NCBI RefSeq assembly: GCF_001194135.2
Contig: NC_069002.1
Location: 28,828,110-28,892,109, forward strand
Length of the DNA: 64,000 nucleotides
Source: Octopus bimaculoides
Taxonomy: Eukaryota
Reading direction: 5' to 3'
Shown: in pieces, positions 11,753 through 24,718 of the stretch
Layout of the letters: the number at the start of each line of letters is the position of its first letter
Numbering within the stretch: the first letter of the stretch is position 1
Position numbers and translations under genes: made by a program
The notes under the pieces: generated by a model
What the model was told of the DNA's origin: nothing
Databases searched by the model: none
What the model saw: only the letters and a program-made list of their open reading frames with translations

Positions 11753-12055
11753 NNNNNNNNNNNNNNNNNNNNNNNNNNNNNNNNNNNNNNNNNNNNNNNN
11801 NNNNNNNNNNNNNNNNNNNNNNNNNNNNNNNNNNNNNNNNNNNNNNNNNNNNNNNNNNNNNNNNNNNNNNNNNNNNNNNNNNNNNNNNNNNNNNNNNNNN
11901 NNNNNNNNNNNNNNNNNNNNNNNNNNNNNNNNNNNNNNNNNNNNNNNNNNNNNNNNNNNNNNNNNNNNNNNNNNNNNNNNNNNNNNNNNNNNNNNNNNNN
12001 NNNNNNNNNNNNNNNNNNNNNNNNNNNNNNNNNNNNNNNNNNNNNNNNNNNNNNN

Positions 12056-12109
<54 letters not shown>

Positions 12110-12392
12110 GACCATCTGTCGCTCATTACTCGGCACATGGCCCTTACATATCAGGGAAGAATCGCCTAAAACTTTGAAGAGCTGAATAACCGCAAACCGG
12201 GTCTTGGGTAATTAGATACGATCCTTCAACTACAAAACTTCTTTCGGTTGCAACGCGTGCGCACGCACATACACACAAATTTATACGCTAAAACGTTTCT
12301 TATACGACTCACTTGTGATCGTTTTTTTCTTCTTTTCCTTTTACTTGAATGATATATGTCAGACTTACCTTGTGACTACATGAACCATTATA

Positions 12393-13896
12393 TCTATATA
12401 CTATTAGAAATTAACTTCAATCTTACTTGCTTGGAATGTTACACAGCCAAACCGGCGCACAATGAGAAAATACTTTGAAAATAAATAACCCCTGAAATGT
12501 GAACACGAACGGAATAAAACAAGTTTCAGATAAATCGAACCACTGGTTCTTGAGATATGGGAGTTTTGGGGGGTATAAATACCCCCAAACAGTGCATAAT
12601 GGGAAAATACTCCGAAAATCATTGAAAGGGAAGAAACCCTAACCTTTCGACTAAATGCATTAAGATGGGCAAATGTCTTAGTGACTTTAACTTGCCAACG
12701 GGAAAATACGAGTAGTTTTCACAGTAAATGTTTCTATTTTCGCTTTTGTTTAGCACAATATTTTAACTATCTAGAAATATTTTTAAGAGAATGTGATTTC
12801 AAAAATGCAAGTTGTTTATACAGTAAATATTTATATTTTAGCTTTCTTTAAACAGACATTATTTTTTTTTTTTTTAATCATTTTCAAGTGAATACCATGA
12901 CAAAAATTTTTTTGGAATATTTAAAAAATATTCTGAAGCAAAAATGACTTTAAAAATACGGTAAATATTTCGTAAAAGATCCGTTCGTAACTTCGGTGTG
13001 AAATAATTTTTTCCATAGGTTTTTTTAGAGTGCATTCAACGTATCTCACCTCCAAAGATTTGGCTTCTATTTCTAACACACCTTGCTACCACGTAGCAGC
13101 TATTTGCGATAAAGGAGCCGAAATAACTGTTACGTGGTAGCAAGGCGTGAAAGAAATAGCAGCCAAATCTTTCCTTTTCTGTGGAAAGGAGCCGTTTACT
13201 CGTGATTTTGATGTCACATTCGTTGAAAGCATTCGAAATAACCTGGAAAAGAAAAGAAAAACCACGAAGCAAAACTCTGTTGGTGGGAAACTCAGAGTTC
13301 CCCACCACCCCTCCCCCTTTCTCTTCCGGAAGAAATTGGCTTGCGTTGGGTTTGGAGATGAGATGCGTTGTATGCACTCGAAAAAACCTGTGGAAAAAAT
13401 TATTTCACACCGAAGCAGGAACGGGTCTTTTACGAAATATTTACCCAAGATCGGGACAAATATGCGAATAGAAGGATCAGTGAAGCCGATAAAGCAGCGG
13501 CTGGGCGTCTGGCGGAATAGAGGAAAAGAGACAGAAGCAGAAGAGATCAGGAATCGGACACTCGGAGAGCTGAGCGTCTGGCGAAACAAGGAAACAGACA
13601 AGAGCAGGAGACGTCATGAATCGAATGTTTATGTGAATACAAACGGAATAAAACAAGTTTCGCGTAAATCGGACCACAGGTTACCGAGATACGCAGTTTT
13701 TTCGGGTACCTTTATAAATAAGCGAAACCGGCGTATAATAGGAAAAATGCTTTGAAAGTAAGGTACCATTGAAATGTGAATACACACGGAAGAACTGAAG
13801 TTTCACGTAAATCGGACCACGGATTCCCGAGACACGCGTTTTTTTTTTTCGAGTACCTTGACCTATTGGTGACCCAATGGGTCACGGGTAGTCTAG
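12393..13896 (+). mobile_element. Non-autonomous Helitron-like element (~1.5 kb)
   Basis: 5' end a|TCtatatactattag. The 3' end has a perfect hairpin gtgaccca-a-tgggtcac (13869-13885), then CTAG (13893-13896) followed by T, giving an A|T insertion site. Three diverged internal copies of an aagtttc..aaatcg(g/a)acca motif occur near 12520, 13655 and 13800. Confidence 0.7.
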
Positions 13897-14171
13897 TATT
13901 CAATAAAACTATTATACAAAAACATTTGCAGTGTGATAGCTTTCTTTTGTATTTTTTTATTCACATATATAAATACACAGAACAAAACTACTTACTCCGT
14001 ATGTTAAAATAATTAAAATTGTCTTATTTAAGCAGTATATATACACGTACATACATACACGCATATAAGTTTATACATTCATACATACATACATATATAT
14101 ATAGAGAGAGAGGGGGAGAGGGGGGAGAGAGGGAGGAGAGAGGCAGAGCTACCTATAATTTATATATTTTT

Positions 14172-14286
14172 AAAAAATAACGTTGACCACTAACGTGGAC
14201 AATTAATGTGCTAGAAATAGATCACATCTTGTGTCTTCTATTTCTAGCACATTAATTGTCCACGTTAGTGGTCAACGTTATTTTTT
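14172..14286. repeat. Perfect 49-bp inverted repeat with a 17-nt loop, made from the terminus of the 39655-39900 element
   Basis: Arm 14172-14220 is the exact reverse complement of 14238-14286. Bases 14174-14236 are identical to 39655-39717. Confidence 0.9.
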
Positions 14287-15089
14287 TAAAATGTACCTTA
14301 ATCCCCTGAGATTGCAGATACTATTTCTGAATCTCTTTGATTCTTTAGATGTGCTGGCCTCCTGATAATTAATCGATATTAATTAATATATGATTAATTA
14401 CCAGATTTTATAATAATATAATTTATATATATATGTATATATATAATAATTGTGCGTGTGTGTGTGTAATAATAATCCTTGGATGGACTTTATACATATT
14501 CTAAATATATATATGTATATGTCGCTAAGCATTTCGCCCTGTGGCCTAACGATTTTGCCAGTTCACCGACTTCCTAGAAATAATAACCAAATCTCTTTTA
14601 AATTACATTCTACCGTCTGGAACATGCAAGACATGCATTCAATAACGGTGTCTTGAAGACACTTGAAAAGACAATATAGCCAAATCTTGTACATGTCGGA
14701 TCAGAGTCGGTTTTGAGCTAACGATGAATAACAACTAAGTCATTAAGGCATCACTAAAACCATATAAAAAGGAGGGGAAAAAAACACGTCACCGAGAGAT
14801 GTGCGAAAAGAAAAGAAATAAAACAAACAAAAGAATTAATGTCACAAGTCTAAGCAGCAAGCTGCATATGATAGGAGGTATCATTGATTCATCTAGCCCC
14901 CATTATGTTACTGGTACTTATTTTTATGGCGCCTAAAGGTTTTGAAGTAAGTGTCGCTTCTAGCAAAATATGGAAATCTCGTTCTGATACATCAAATTTG
15001 ATCACGTTTAACCATCTAAGATAACTCTCGTCTCGTACCCCTCCGACACCTTCAGTTCATGTATGTGTGTATACTCATAAATACATACA

Positions 15090-15125
<36 letters not shown>

Positions 15126-15744
15126 CATTTGAATGTGTGTGTGTGCATATATATATATAGATAGTAATATATATATGCATGTGTGTATATATGCATGTGT
15201 GTGTTTGCGTCTGTGTGTATCTGTATTTGTGTGTGTATGTATGTATGCATGTATGTGTGTGTGTATGTCTACGTATGTATAATGGAATCTGAACACTGAA
15301 TAAAGATTAGATGAAATTTGTTGAAAATGGGAAAAAGAAAAAAGAAAAAGAAAATATGCAGTAAAGAGAAAAGGGTGAACAGAAGGAGAGAAAAGGATAG
15401 AAATACAACGTAAAAATGTGAAGAAACTGAAGAAGAAGAAAAAGAAGACCACCAGCAACAATAACACGAACGTGAAGTAGAACGAGAAGAAATATTGCAA
15501 TATATAAGTGTGTGTGTGTGTGTGTGTGTGTGCAGGAGTGTGTGTGCAGGAGTGTGTGTGTGTGTGTGTGGAGAGAAAACAAATTGAACGATGTTAAGAA
15601 AAGGCATTTATGGACCTGAAACTGCATGATTCTTCCGAGTTTACAGAGATTTATTTCATGTTTTATACATGAAAAATAATAAAGAGCAAAAATTTATTCT
15701 TAGTATGAAATATCAATGTAATCGTGCTACATAAAAGAAACGGC

Positions 15745-15760
15745 CTTGACACACACATAA

Positions 15761-15824
<64 letters not shown>

Positions 15825-16079
15825 GTATTTATATATATATTTGTAGGGGGGAGCACGCCTACACACATACTTTAGTTGTATATGTACGTGCGTATGTATT
15901 TACGTGTGTGTGTGAGAGGGAGAGAGAGATTGTGTATCTGTTTGTATATATATCATTTTTAATCAGCAAAGTGTTATAAATACGACTCAAATGCCGGGAG
16001 TTTCGTACATGGCACATATCAAACGCCATACACGAAAAGCACGAACCTTCAGTCACATTTGTAACTTTCTGCCGATGTA

Positions 16080-16124
<45 letters not shown>

Positions 16125-16196
16125 CGTATTTACATATACACATACACACATATATATACATATATATATATATAACGTACTTACATATACATACAT

Positions 16197-16230
<34 letters not shown>

Positions 16231-16440
16231 TAACGTATTTACATATTCGTATATACTTATATATATATGTATATCTATATATATATATATATATAACACA
16301 TTTACATATACGTATATACATATATATATAGAATATACATATATATACGTATATTATATATATATATACACACATGTATATATATGTATACATATATATA
16401 TGTGTGTATATATATATTTATATTTACATATATGTATATC
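15745..16440. repeat. (TA)n-rich compound microsatellite
   Basis: Directly visible. Confidence 0.9.
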
Positions 16441-16755
16441 AATAATTATTTAAGTATTAATTAAGTTCCTAGTAGTAAGCAGATGAAGCACGTTCACTGC
16501 CTATGTCTACCTGGCGCCATCTACAGTAATCACACAATTGTCCCTGGATCTACCTAAGGAACTCCTTAGTCATCGTTGAGGATATAATAAATGATAGAGA
16601 CAAATAACGAGATACCTCTAATGATATCACTTGACGAGACACTTCTGCACCGAGGGATGCACCACAGCCATTTATACAGAAGCCCACCCGCGAGGGATCG
16701 ATGCAGGACGGGGTCGAAACAATCGTTGTGAGCAATAAAATTTCATATATGTACG

Positions 16756-16792
<37 letters not shown>

Positions 16793-16906
16793 TATAAGAA
16801 GGGATGATCACTAGGTGGACATCCGATATGCTAGGAGATCATCCACGATCTGGATGATCTCTTTCTAGCGTATCGGATGTCCACTTAGTGGTCATCCCTT
16901 CTTATA
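16793..16906. repeat. Near-perfect 114-bp palindrome
   Basis: Arms 16793-16845 and 16851-16906 differ by 3 transitions and one small bulge. The loop is cgatc. Confidence 0.85.
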
Positions 16907-17027
16907 NNNNNNNNNNNNNNNNNNNNNNNNNNNNNNNNNNNNNNNNNNNNNNNNNNNNNNNNNNNNNNNNNNNNNNNNNNNNNNNNNNNNNNNNNNNNNN
17001 NNNNNNNNNNNNNNNNNNNNNNNNNNN

Positions 17028-17060
<33 letters not shown>

Positions 17061-17574
17061 TATAAATAAATATATACATATATATATAGTTGAATCTCCA
17101 ATCATTTTGCTCCTTTTATATTTCGCGTGCGTGCGTGCGTGCGTGCGTGTGTGTGTGTGAAATAATCCGGGGATGTTTCCGGGTATGGCTTTCTTTCGCA
17201 ACTGCTTGATAACTTTGTATAATTTGCACAAATGAAAAATTATTGTGGCAAGGTGGGCTAAAACGTAATAATTGTGGGGTTTTATTTGTTGTCAAATTTC
17301 ATTTTTATGACACCAAATTATAAAATGAATTATGATTTTCGGAATAAAAATTATGTATTTATTAAATTCATACGTATTTAAACACATCTCTCCATTTGCA
17401 TATTAACAAAACTCTTATAACGCAGTGATCAATCTGGAGAGGAAGCCACTCAATTTAGTGTTGTTGCTGTCTCCAAGAGTAAACAACATCCACAGCGAGG
17501 AGATAGTAGTCGTGACAACACAAATAGGGGGAGAATAGAGCGTCTGAGAAAGAGCAAAATTGGAAGCGAAGGTC

Positions 17575-18050
17575 TGTCCGAGCTGACCCCCAAGAATCCT
17601 ACAAGTAACAGGACGCATCCTAATTTATGAGTTTAGTCGTTGGCTGGATACGAAATCCGACCAATGGTAATCCTGCGAAGTATCCTGGCACCAAAGGAGT
17701 CCAAGCGGCTCCTAAGGTCCAAGTCTCGCAACTGTAGAGCAACACATGTAGGACCAGAGACCTGAAGACTGTTTGGTAACATTCCTCGACATACCTTGTT
17801 GAATCCTGCGTAAAGTGTTTCTTTCTCTGAGGATCTGGCTGGGGTGACGACTTGCGTCGGTCGGGCACATGGTTACGGCGGATGATGAATGTATATCGCA
17901 GAAATTGAGACTCACTAAAACGCTGCCCACGACCACCCTAGCAAATACCAGCAAATGGTGAATGCAGCGACGTAGTGCAGCGGCACAATAACCTATACCT
18001 GACCCTGACTTGACATGAAAGTCGAGAGGTATAACATGTTTTGGCAAGGC
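17575..18050 (-). mobile_element. RTE-type LINE fragment (RT C-terminal region)
   Basis: Translations include IGYCAAAL and VFRSLVLHVLLYSCETWTL, resembling the RTE motif VY.A.VLSVLLYGCETWT. Confidence 0.7.
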
Positions 18051-18230
18051 TGTTTTAGCGCCGCCTCTTTGGCGCCGTTGATTCGACGCTGACTTTTTGA
18101 CATCAGACGTTTTAATGTTTCAATTGTTTTAATATTTCTCTCATCCTCCCTCTCTACTTCTCTCTCCCCTATTTTCTGTCTATCTCTTATGTGTGTGAGC
18201 ATTTAATTATATCAGTATGTGTGCGTAATG

Positions 18231-18269
<39 letters not shown>

Positions 18270-19056
18270 CATTCTCATTACTCATATATTTATATATCTG
18301 AATGTGCGTGTGCCCATGTGTGTGCATGTTTGTGCGTGTATGTGTGCGCGCGCGTATGCGTACGTGTGTTTCCCTCCAGTGCCAGGAGTTCTGTCACCAA
18401 AATGAGTTGAATACCATATAACGCCAACTAGTCAGCGACCAATCAACACGCCAAATCGTTTCAGTCCAAAGATTGAGTCACTAAAGTATCTGTTGTAATC
18501 GTATTGAAGGAAATGTAGTAATGACAGATATTGAGAAGAGGCTGAGCGTTGTCATATAAGGTAGCGAAACATTTTTAGTGTGAACAAGCCAGCAATAATG
18601 GCTATTATAAGTATTGGCATACAATTATGTTAAATATTTAATTGCGATGTAGTTGTAATGTAAGTTTTACATTTCAAAAGACGATATTTAAAATTAAAAA
18701 TTTATAGATGTTTGGCGTCTAACTAGGCATTTGTAATTCTGTTTATGAATGTTGCCAGGTTATATGATAAAATGCTTCTCGAATATCCGCCTTTTTCTTG
18801 CGGATATTTCCACCTATACACGATATTCGTGTATAGGTTTTACGTGCATGTTGTTTAGCTAGAAACATTGTGCTCTATCCTGATTGTATATTAATAATTT
18901 TAATCGTATTATATGTTGTATTATACACACACACATTAAGTATGCGACTTCGATAATGTTTATTATATACTGCAGCTTCTAATTCAGACTTTAAATTTTC
19001 TTTTACTTGTGTAGCTGTCTTGCACATCAGCAGATAGATTTTACGCTGTCCTTATA

Positions 19057-19222
19057 TATTGGGTTATCCCATAAATAATGCGATGCTTTCAATCGCATGG
19101 ACTAAAAGTCGGAAGGAGATGGGATAAACTACCTGCATCAACTTGCTTTAAAAGCAGGTAGTATTTTACCTTGGAATTATTCGTAGTGCAAGTTTTGAAG
19201 AGTGCAGTTCACACTAAATATG
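19057..19222 (+). mobile_element. Mariner-like left end fragment
   Basis: Starts TA|ttgggttatcccataaataatgcg, similar to the TIR start of the 59988-61120 mariner. No right end is seen. Confidence 0.45.
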
Positions 19223-19857
19223 TGATGTCGATAATGCATACGTCTTAGAGCTGCTTCTAACTCAAAACAGAATTTTGTTTTAGTTGTGCGGCGTTGTTAC
19301 ACATCAGTGGATAGGTTTTAGGCTGTCCTTATATACTTCAGACCAGCGATGTAATTCGGGGACGAACCGATGATACAGTAGCGATTATCTGAAATAACAG
19401 CGGAATATCGATATCTGTCGTTCTCTTTCACTTCCGAGTTGATTTGATCCTTGAAGTATACTGTGTTTTTTAACACTATACATCTTTAAAGGGATATCCC
19501 TTAAACGAAATATCGAAGCTACTAGCGCTAACAACACACGTACAGGAAGTATGTGACATCAATAATGTATTATGCAGGTTTTCTTCTTACTGTTCATATT
19601 CCCTTCTATGAGCGTGTGTTTGTGTTTATTATAACACAAGCTGACAGTCAATCGCGTGCTTCACCCCCAGGTTGGGCTGATTACAGTCATGTGAACAGCC
19701 TAACCTAGGACAAGACACAGAATAGACGATCAATTTTTGAAATAATAAACATATCTATCCACTCTAGCCAATGAATTGAGTTCTGTATCAGATAATGTTT
19801 ACACTTCACAAAATATAATGTATTTTGATATACTTTAGAACTCTTACATTACAACAT

Positions 19858-19911
<54 letters not shown>

Positions 19912-20936
19912 GTATGTATTTATGTATGTATGTGTGCGTATATATGAGTGTGCGTGCATGTATGTACCTAAGTATGTATGTATGTAAGTTTGTACTTATA
20001 TCCAGCATTTTATTTTCTCTCTATATTTAAGTCTCTACCTTATAGTTTGTGTAAATGCATGCACACTTGTAAACAGATCCATGTGCATCAGTGTGCGTGT
20101 GCGTGTATGTATATACTTATGCATTAATGTATGCATACGCTCATACGCACAAATGTTTATCTATGTTACTTAGCAATAAAATAGGATAGATACATATGTG
20201 TCTTCGTGTGTATGCATGATATCAATGTATCTACGTAACTAACACACAGAATGTATGCGGTAGTGTATCTGCGACACTATCGCCCTCCCTTTTGTACCTA
20301 AGTCTCTCTCTCTCACTCTGCCTTTTCCTATCTATATATCTATATTTCTGGATGTGCCTGTGTGTGTGTGTGTGTCTCTGTGTATGCGCGCGCAAGTATG
20401 TGCGGATCTATGAACAAAACAAACACAGGAAAAATACAAAAACAGAAATACATCAAAAGAACTCGATGTTATCACAAGTGTAATGTTGCGTAAGTACTAC
20501 TTCACAAATGTGACTATGATGTTAATGCTGGTTTACATAGCAATATATATATAGTTTGAGATGTGTTAAACAGCTCACATGATGTGTTCGTGTATGCCAA
20601 GCGACAACAGATAAAAGCGTGTTTCACAAGTCACTGGCTGCTTGGCCAAAGAGATATACCTATAAATTCTTACGCGAACGAATACAGGTTGAAAAATCTA
20701 CCTCTGATCTCCCGAGAGGTTGTCGTCTTGATCTCCTCATAATAATGGCGCGTTTTCAGTCATGTCGTTTTTAGCACTTCAGCAATTACTATCGTTATCA
20801 TGTTTCCGTTATTTGTTTAGGTGCAGATTTAAATAATGCATAGTCATGTTGGTACTAGTGTACTTAATATAGTGAACATGATAATTTTAATCGAGAAAAT
20901 ACCTGTATGGAGCTAAGGTAAGTTAAGCAATATTCT

Positions 20937-21148
20937 TTTCTACTCTAGGCACAAGGTTCGAAATTTTTGGAGAGGGGGCCAGTCGATTAGATCGACTCCA
21001 GTATGTAACTGATACTTAATTTATCGACCGTTGAAAGGATGAAAGGCAAAGTCGACCTCGGCGGAATTTGAACTCAGAACGTAAAGACAGATAAAAATAC
21101 CGCTAAGCATTTCGACCGGCGTGCTAACGTTTCTGCCAGCTCATCGCA
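20937..21148 (-). mobile_element. SINE family A
   Basis: gaaaggatgaaaggcaaagtcgacctcggcggaatttgaactcagaacgtaaagac is a near-consensus copy. Confidence 0.9.
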
Positions 21149-21197
21149 TTCGTAGGCCAACTGGAATATAATAGAGAGAGAGAGAGAGAGAGAGAGA

Positions 21198-21235
<38 letters not shown>

Positions 21236-21245
21236 NNNNNNNNNN

Positions 21246-21292
<47 letters not shown>

Positions 21293-21550
21293 TGCGTGCG
21301 TGCGTGCGTGCGTTTAATAGATAGCCGCAATAGTTGGGTGGCTCTCACAAATCTACAAACATTTATGCACACTATTATGGATTTATATGAAATGGATTAC
21401 TGAATTCGGTTGTGCATTAAATTGATATTTATCTCTCACTAAATGGAGTACTTTTTGTTAATCTACCTATATGGGATCTATCTATCTATATCTATCTATA
21501 TATTTATCTGTCTATCTATCTATCTATCTACATATTTATCTATATCTATC

Positions 21551-21585
<35 letters not shown>

Positions 21586-21595
21586 CTATATATTT

Positions 21596-21636
<41 letters not shown>

Positions 21637-21843
21637 NNNNNNNNNNNNNNNNNNNNNNNNNNNNNNNNNNNNNNNNNNNNNNNNNNNNNNNNNNNNNNNN
21701 NNNNNNNNNNNNNNNNNNNNNNNNNNNNNNNNNNNNNNNNNNNNNNNNNNNNNNNNNNNNNNNNNNNNNNNNNNNNNNNNNNNNNNNNNNNNNNNNNNNN
21801 NNNNNNNNNNNNNNNNNNNNNNNNNNNNNNNNNNNNNNNNNNN

Positions 21844-21882
<39 letters not shown>

Positions 21883-22039
21883 GTTCCTAATGAGACGCAC
21901 GTTTTCGGGGGGAAGAAGGAGTTGAAGTGGGAGGAGGGCGCGAGAAATAAAACGCTTGGGATACATTATATTAGATTTGCGTGTTAAATGTATTCAGTTA
22001 AGAATTTGGGATTAATGTTTGGCCTTTCGCCATGTGTCT

Positions 22040-22290
22040 CCTTTGACGCCAAGCCTGTTGTAAACTCAGCAAAGTTGACTGACCTTCCAGATCTTAAAAG
22101 GTGTGATTCCATCAAGCAAGCAAAGTGCAATCTCACCTAGAAGGGATCACACCTAGCTTCCCATCTATTGCTTTGGCACAACCCCTTCAACTCAGCATCT
22201 TTCCTTCTCTTCATTTTTCTTACTCTTTGAATGTGGTCCCCCTATGGAACGAAGAATTCCAACAGAAACGCCTGCTTAAAAGTAACAGAA
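22040..22290 (-). mobile_element. Degraded C-terminus of an REL-endonuclease non-LTR element (HERO/NeSL-like)
   Basis: Reverse translation LEFFVP*GDHIQRVRKMKRRKDAELKGLCQSNRWEARCDPF*V resembles the ELTVPWEE...KRxKYxEL...GWxARCxPxEVGCRGF motif. Confidence 0.45.
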
Positions 22291-22689
22291 ATCTTTGTCT
22301 CTAATTATTGAACCACGAGAAAACATTATGAATACATTCAAATGTAAGTTATTCACTAATTATTTTAAAATATTCTAAGTGGGAAAATTAGTAAAGAACA
22401 CACTTGTTAATCGCATAGTTTCACAGAGTGTTTGTCGCAAAACCACAAATTAAACAGCAGTCGTTGTTATACATAGTGAAGCGTTTGGACTCACTGTTAG
22501 ATTCCATCTCAAAGCACCTTCGTTTAGTTAATGAACATTAGTTGAACAGTAACTAAGCAACTAATCGAAGCGTTTTATAATGATCGGAATCTTTCAGAGA
22601 ACAGACATTAATGAGATCACAAAAACCATATTACTATTCATTAATTATATTTCGTTGTCGGAAATATAGTAGATGCATCTGATCATGTA

Positions 22690-22895
22690 TGTATGTATGT
22701 ATGTTTGTGTGTATGAATGTGTGTATGTGTGTGTATATATGCTTGCTTGTTTGTCAGTGTGTATGTGTTACACGTATATATGTATTTATATCTACTATGT
22801 TATGTACGTGTGTGTCTACATGTTCGTATGATTTTATAATGTATATATATGTATATATTCATGCCTGATCGTATGCTTATATGTATATACACACG

Positions 22896-22927
<32 letters not shown>

Positions 22928-23251
22928 TACATACATACATACATACACATGTATATATATACATATATATGTGTAACGGATGTACGCATGCTTATACGTA
23001 TACGTTTATACATATAAATACATACATTTAATTATGGACTTATGCACACACGTAGTTATGGATGTGCGTAGGTACATATGTATGTTTGAATGTACACAAA
23101 TATATACACGTATGTATGTATGTATGCTTCTGTATGAGTTTATGTCGGAATACGTAATACCTAATGTGTTTGAAATGTATTGTCTCGTATTTCCAGATTT
23201 CTCGCAAAGAGGATCCTAATACCATTATACTATACACATATATACACGCAC

Positions 23252-23282
<31 letters not shown>

Positions 23283-23290
23283 CGCACATG

Positions 23291-23352
<62 letters not shown>

Positions 23353-23365
23353 TACACATACACAC
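22690..23365. repeat. Compound (TATG)/(TA)/(CA) microsatellite field
   Basis: Directly visible. Confidence 0.9.
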
Positions 23366-23746
23366 GCATCGAAAGAAATTGCTGGATCTCTCATTTGTTT
23401 GTAGCACTCTGGAACGTATGCATAATTCATTATTGATAAAATGTCCCTGGGACGACATTATACTACAGTTATATTACAGATACGATATTAAATTTTCAGA
23501 TTTTATCGTTATCATTTCTGCCATGAATATATTTTACATCCAGACTTTTAACCTTCCTTTCTGAAAACCGCAGCTGAAAATGTGAGATGCTTAGTTTAAA
23601 TTTATCTTTCACCAACTAGTTGCTTGTAACTCTTAACAAATTGACTTTAAAAGCAATTAAAAGACAACAATAACGTTTTCTGATTTATAAAACCAAATTT
23701 CACATTAACATCCTTCAAATGTTCTGTAATTCTCACGCATTAAACA

Positions 23747-24165
23747 CAGGCGTGGCTGCGTGGTAAGAAGCTGGCTTCGCAACCAAGTGACTTCGGGTTC
23801 AGTTCCACTGCGTGGCATCTTGGGCAAGCGTCTTCTACTATAACCTTGGACTGTCCAAACACTTGTGAGTGGATTTGGTAGACGGAAACTGAAAAGAGCC
23901 CATCATATACATTTGTGTGTGTGTGTCACTGTGTGTACGTGTCTTTGTGTCTGTGGTTCTTCCCGCCACTACCACCACTGCTTGACAACCGGTGTTGGTT
24001 TGTTTACGGCCCTGTAATCTAGCGGTTCGGCAAAAGATACTGATAGAATAGCAGGTTTTAGGTTCAGTCCTACTGCATAGCACCTTCGGCAAGTGTCTTC
24101 TACTAGAGCCTCGGGCCGACCAAGGCGTTGGGAGTGGATTTGGTAGACGGAAACTGAAAGAAACT
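23747..24165 (+). mobile_element. SINE family C, near full-length copy plus a partial tandem copy
   Basis: Head caggcgtggctgcgtggtaagaag...gggttcagttcc, then the CORE-like cttgggcaagcgtcttctac. A second partial copy starts near 24057. Confidence 0.85.
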
Positions 24166-24640
24166 TACACGATGACATCTTGTCTTCTGATATGCACAGC
24201 CATGAACCACTCAAGCCCAGCCCACCTGACTTGTAACTCAAACTAAGACAAATGCTCCAATCTCCAAGTGAACCAATGAACCAATGGAGCTCCATTATCC
24301 AAGTTCCTTTTGCAGACTTTGATTCAATACTACTCACCCATTCATAAAGTTCTTTCCTCACAATCTACGGCAAATTTTTCTGCTCTTGAAAGGATTTTGT
24401 GTATTTATGTGTTGAAAAGAATTTATCTTTCTACTTGTTCTTCAATACATTTCAACGCTTCAAAAACAAACTTATGTTTGTTTACATACGACGTAATATA
24501 TATATATATATATATAGAAATGCAGAGACGCCTATAATAGGACATCTACTCGCTAGAAATAGCAGCAAAAATACTACATACCACAAAAGTTAGGGATAAT
24601 TTCGAAAGGAAATGAAAAATAAAAACTTTTACCAATCTAT

Positions 24641-24718
24641 ATTCTGTACCATGGTTTCAAGTCAATTTTAGTAAGATAAAGATTATATCTTACAAGGTCA
24701 GACTATCGTCAGCAGAAT
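24641..24718 (-). ncRNA. Type-I hammerhead ribozyme (Penelope-type), intact core
   Basis: Minus strand: attctg CTGACGA [t agtc...gtaagata/tatcttac...gact t] GAAA CCATGG TA cagaat. Helix I is a perfect 6 bp, helix III is the palindrome ACCATGGT, and the predicted cut is after GUA (24647/24646). Confidence 0.8.

Noticed and set aside
13147-13755. 202-aa ORF
   Set aside because: GTG start, lies inside the Helitron-like element, reads through non-coding terminal repeats and has no known motif.
16450-16740. Possible PLE terminal repeat (ccc...ggg gtcGAAAC...aataaa)
   Set aside because: No CUGANGA core at the right position, so it is too weak to call.
19669-19706. 38-nt hairpin aggttgggctg...cagcctaacct
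   Set aside because: Too short for a pre-miRNA, and expected by chance in 64 kb.
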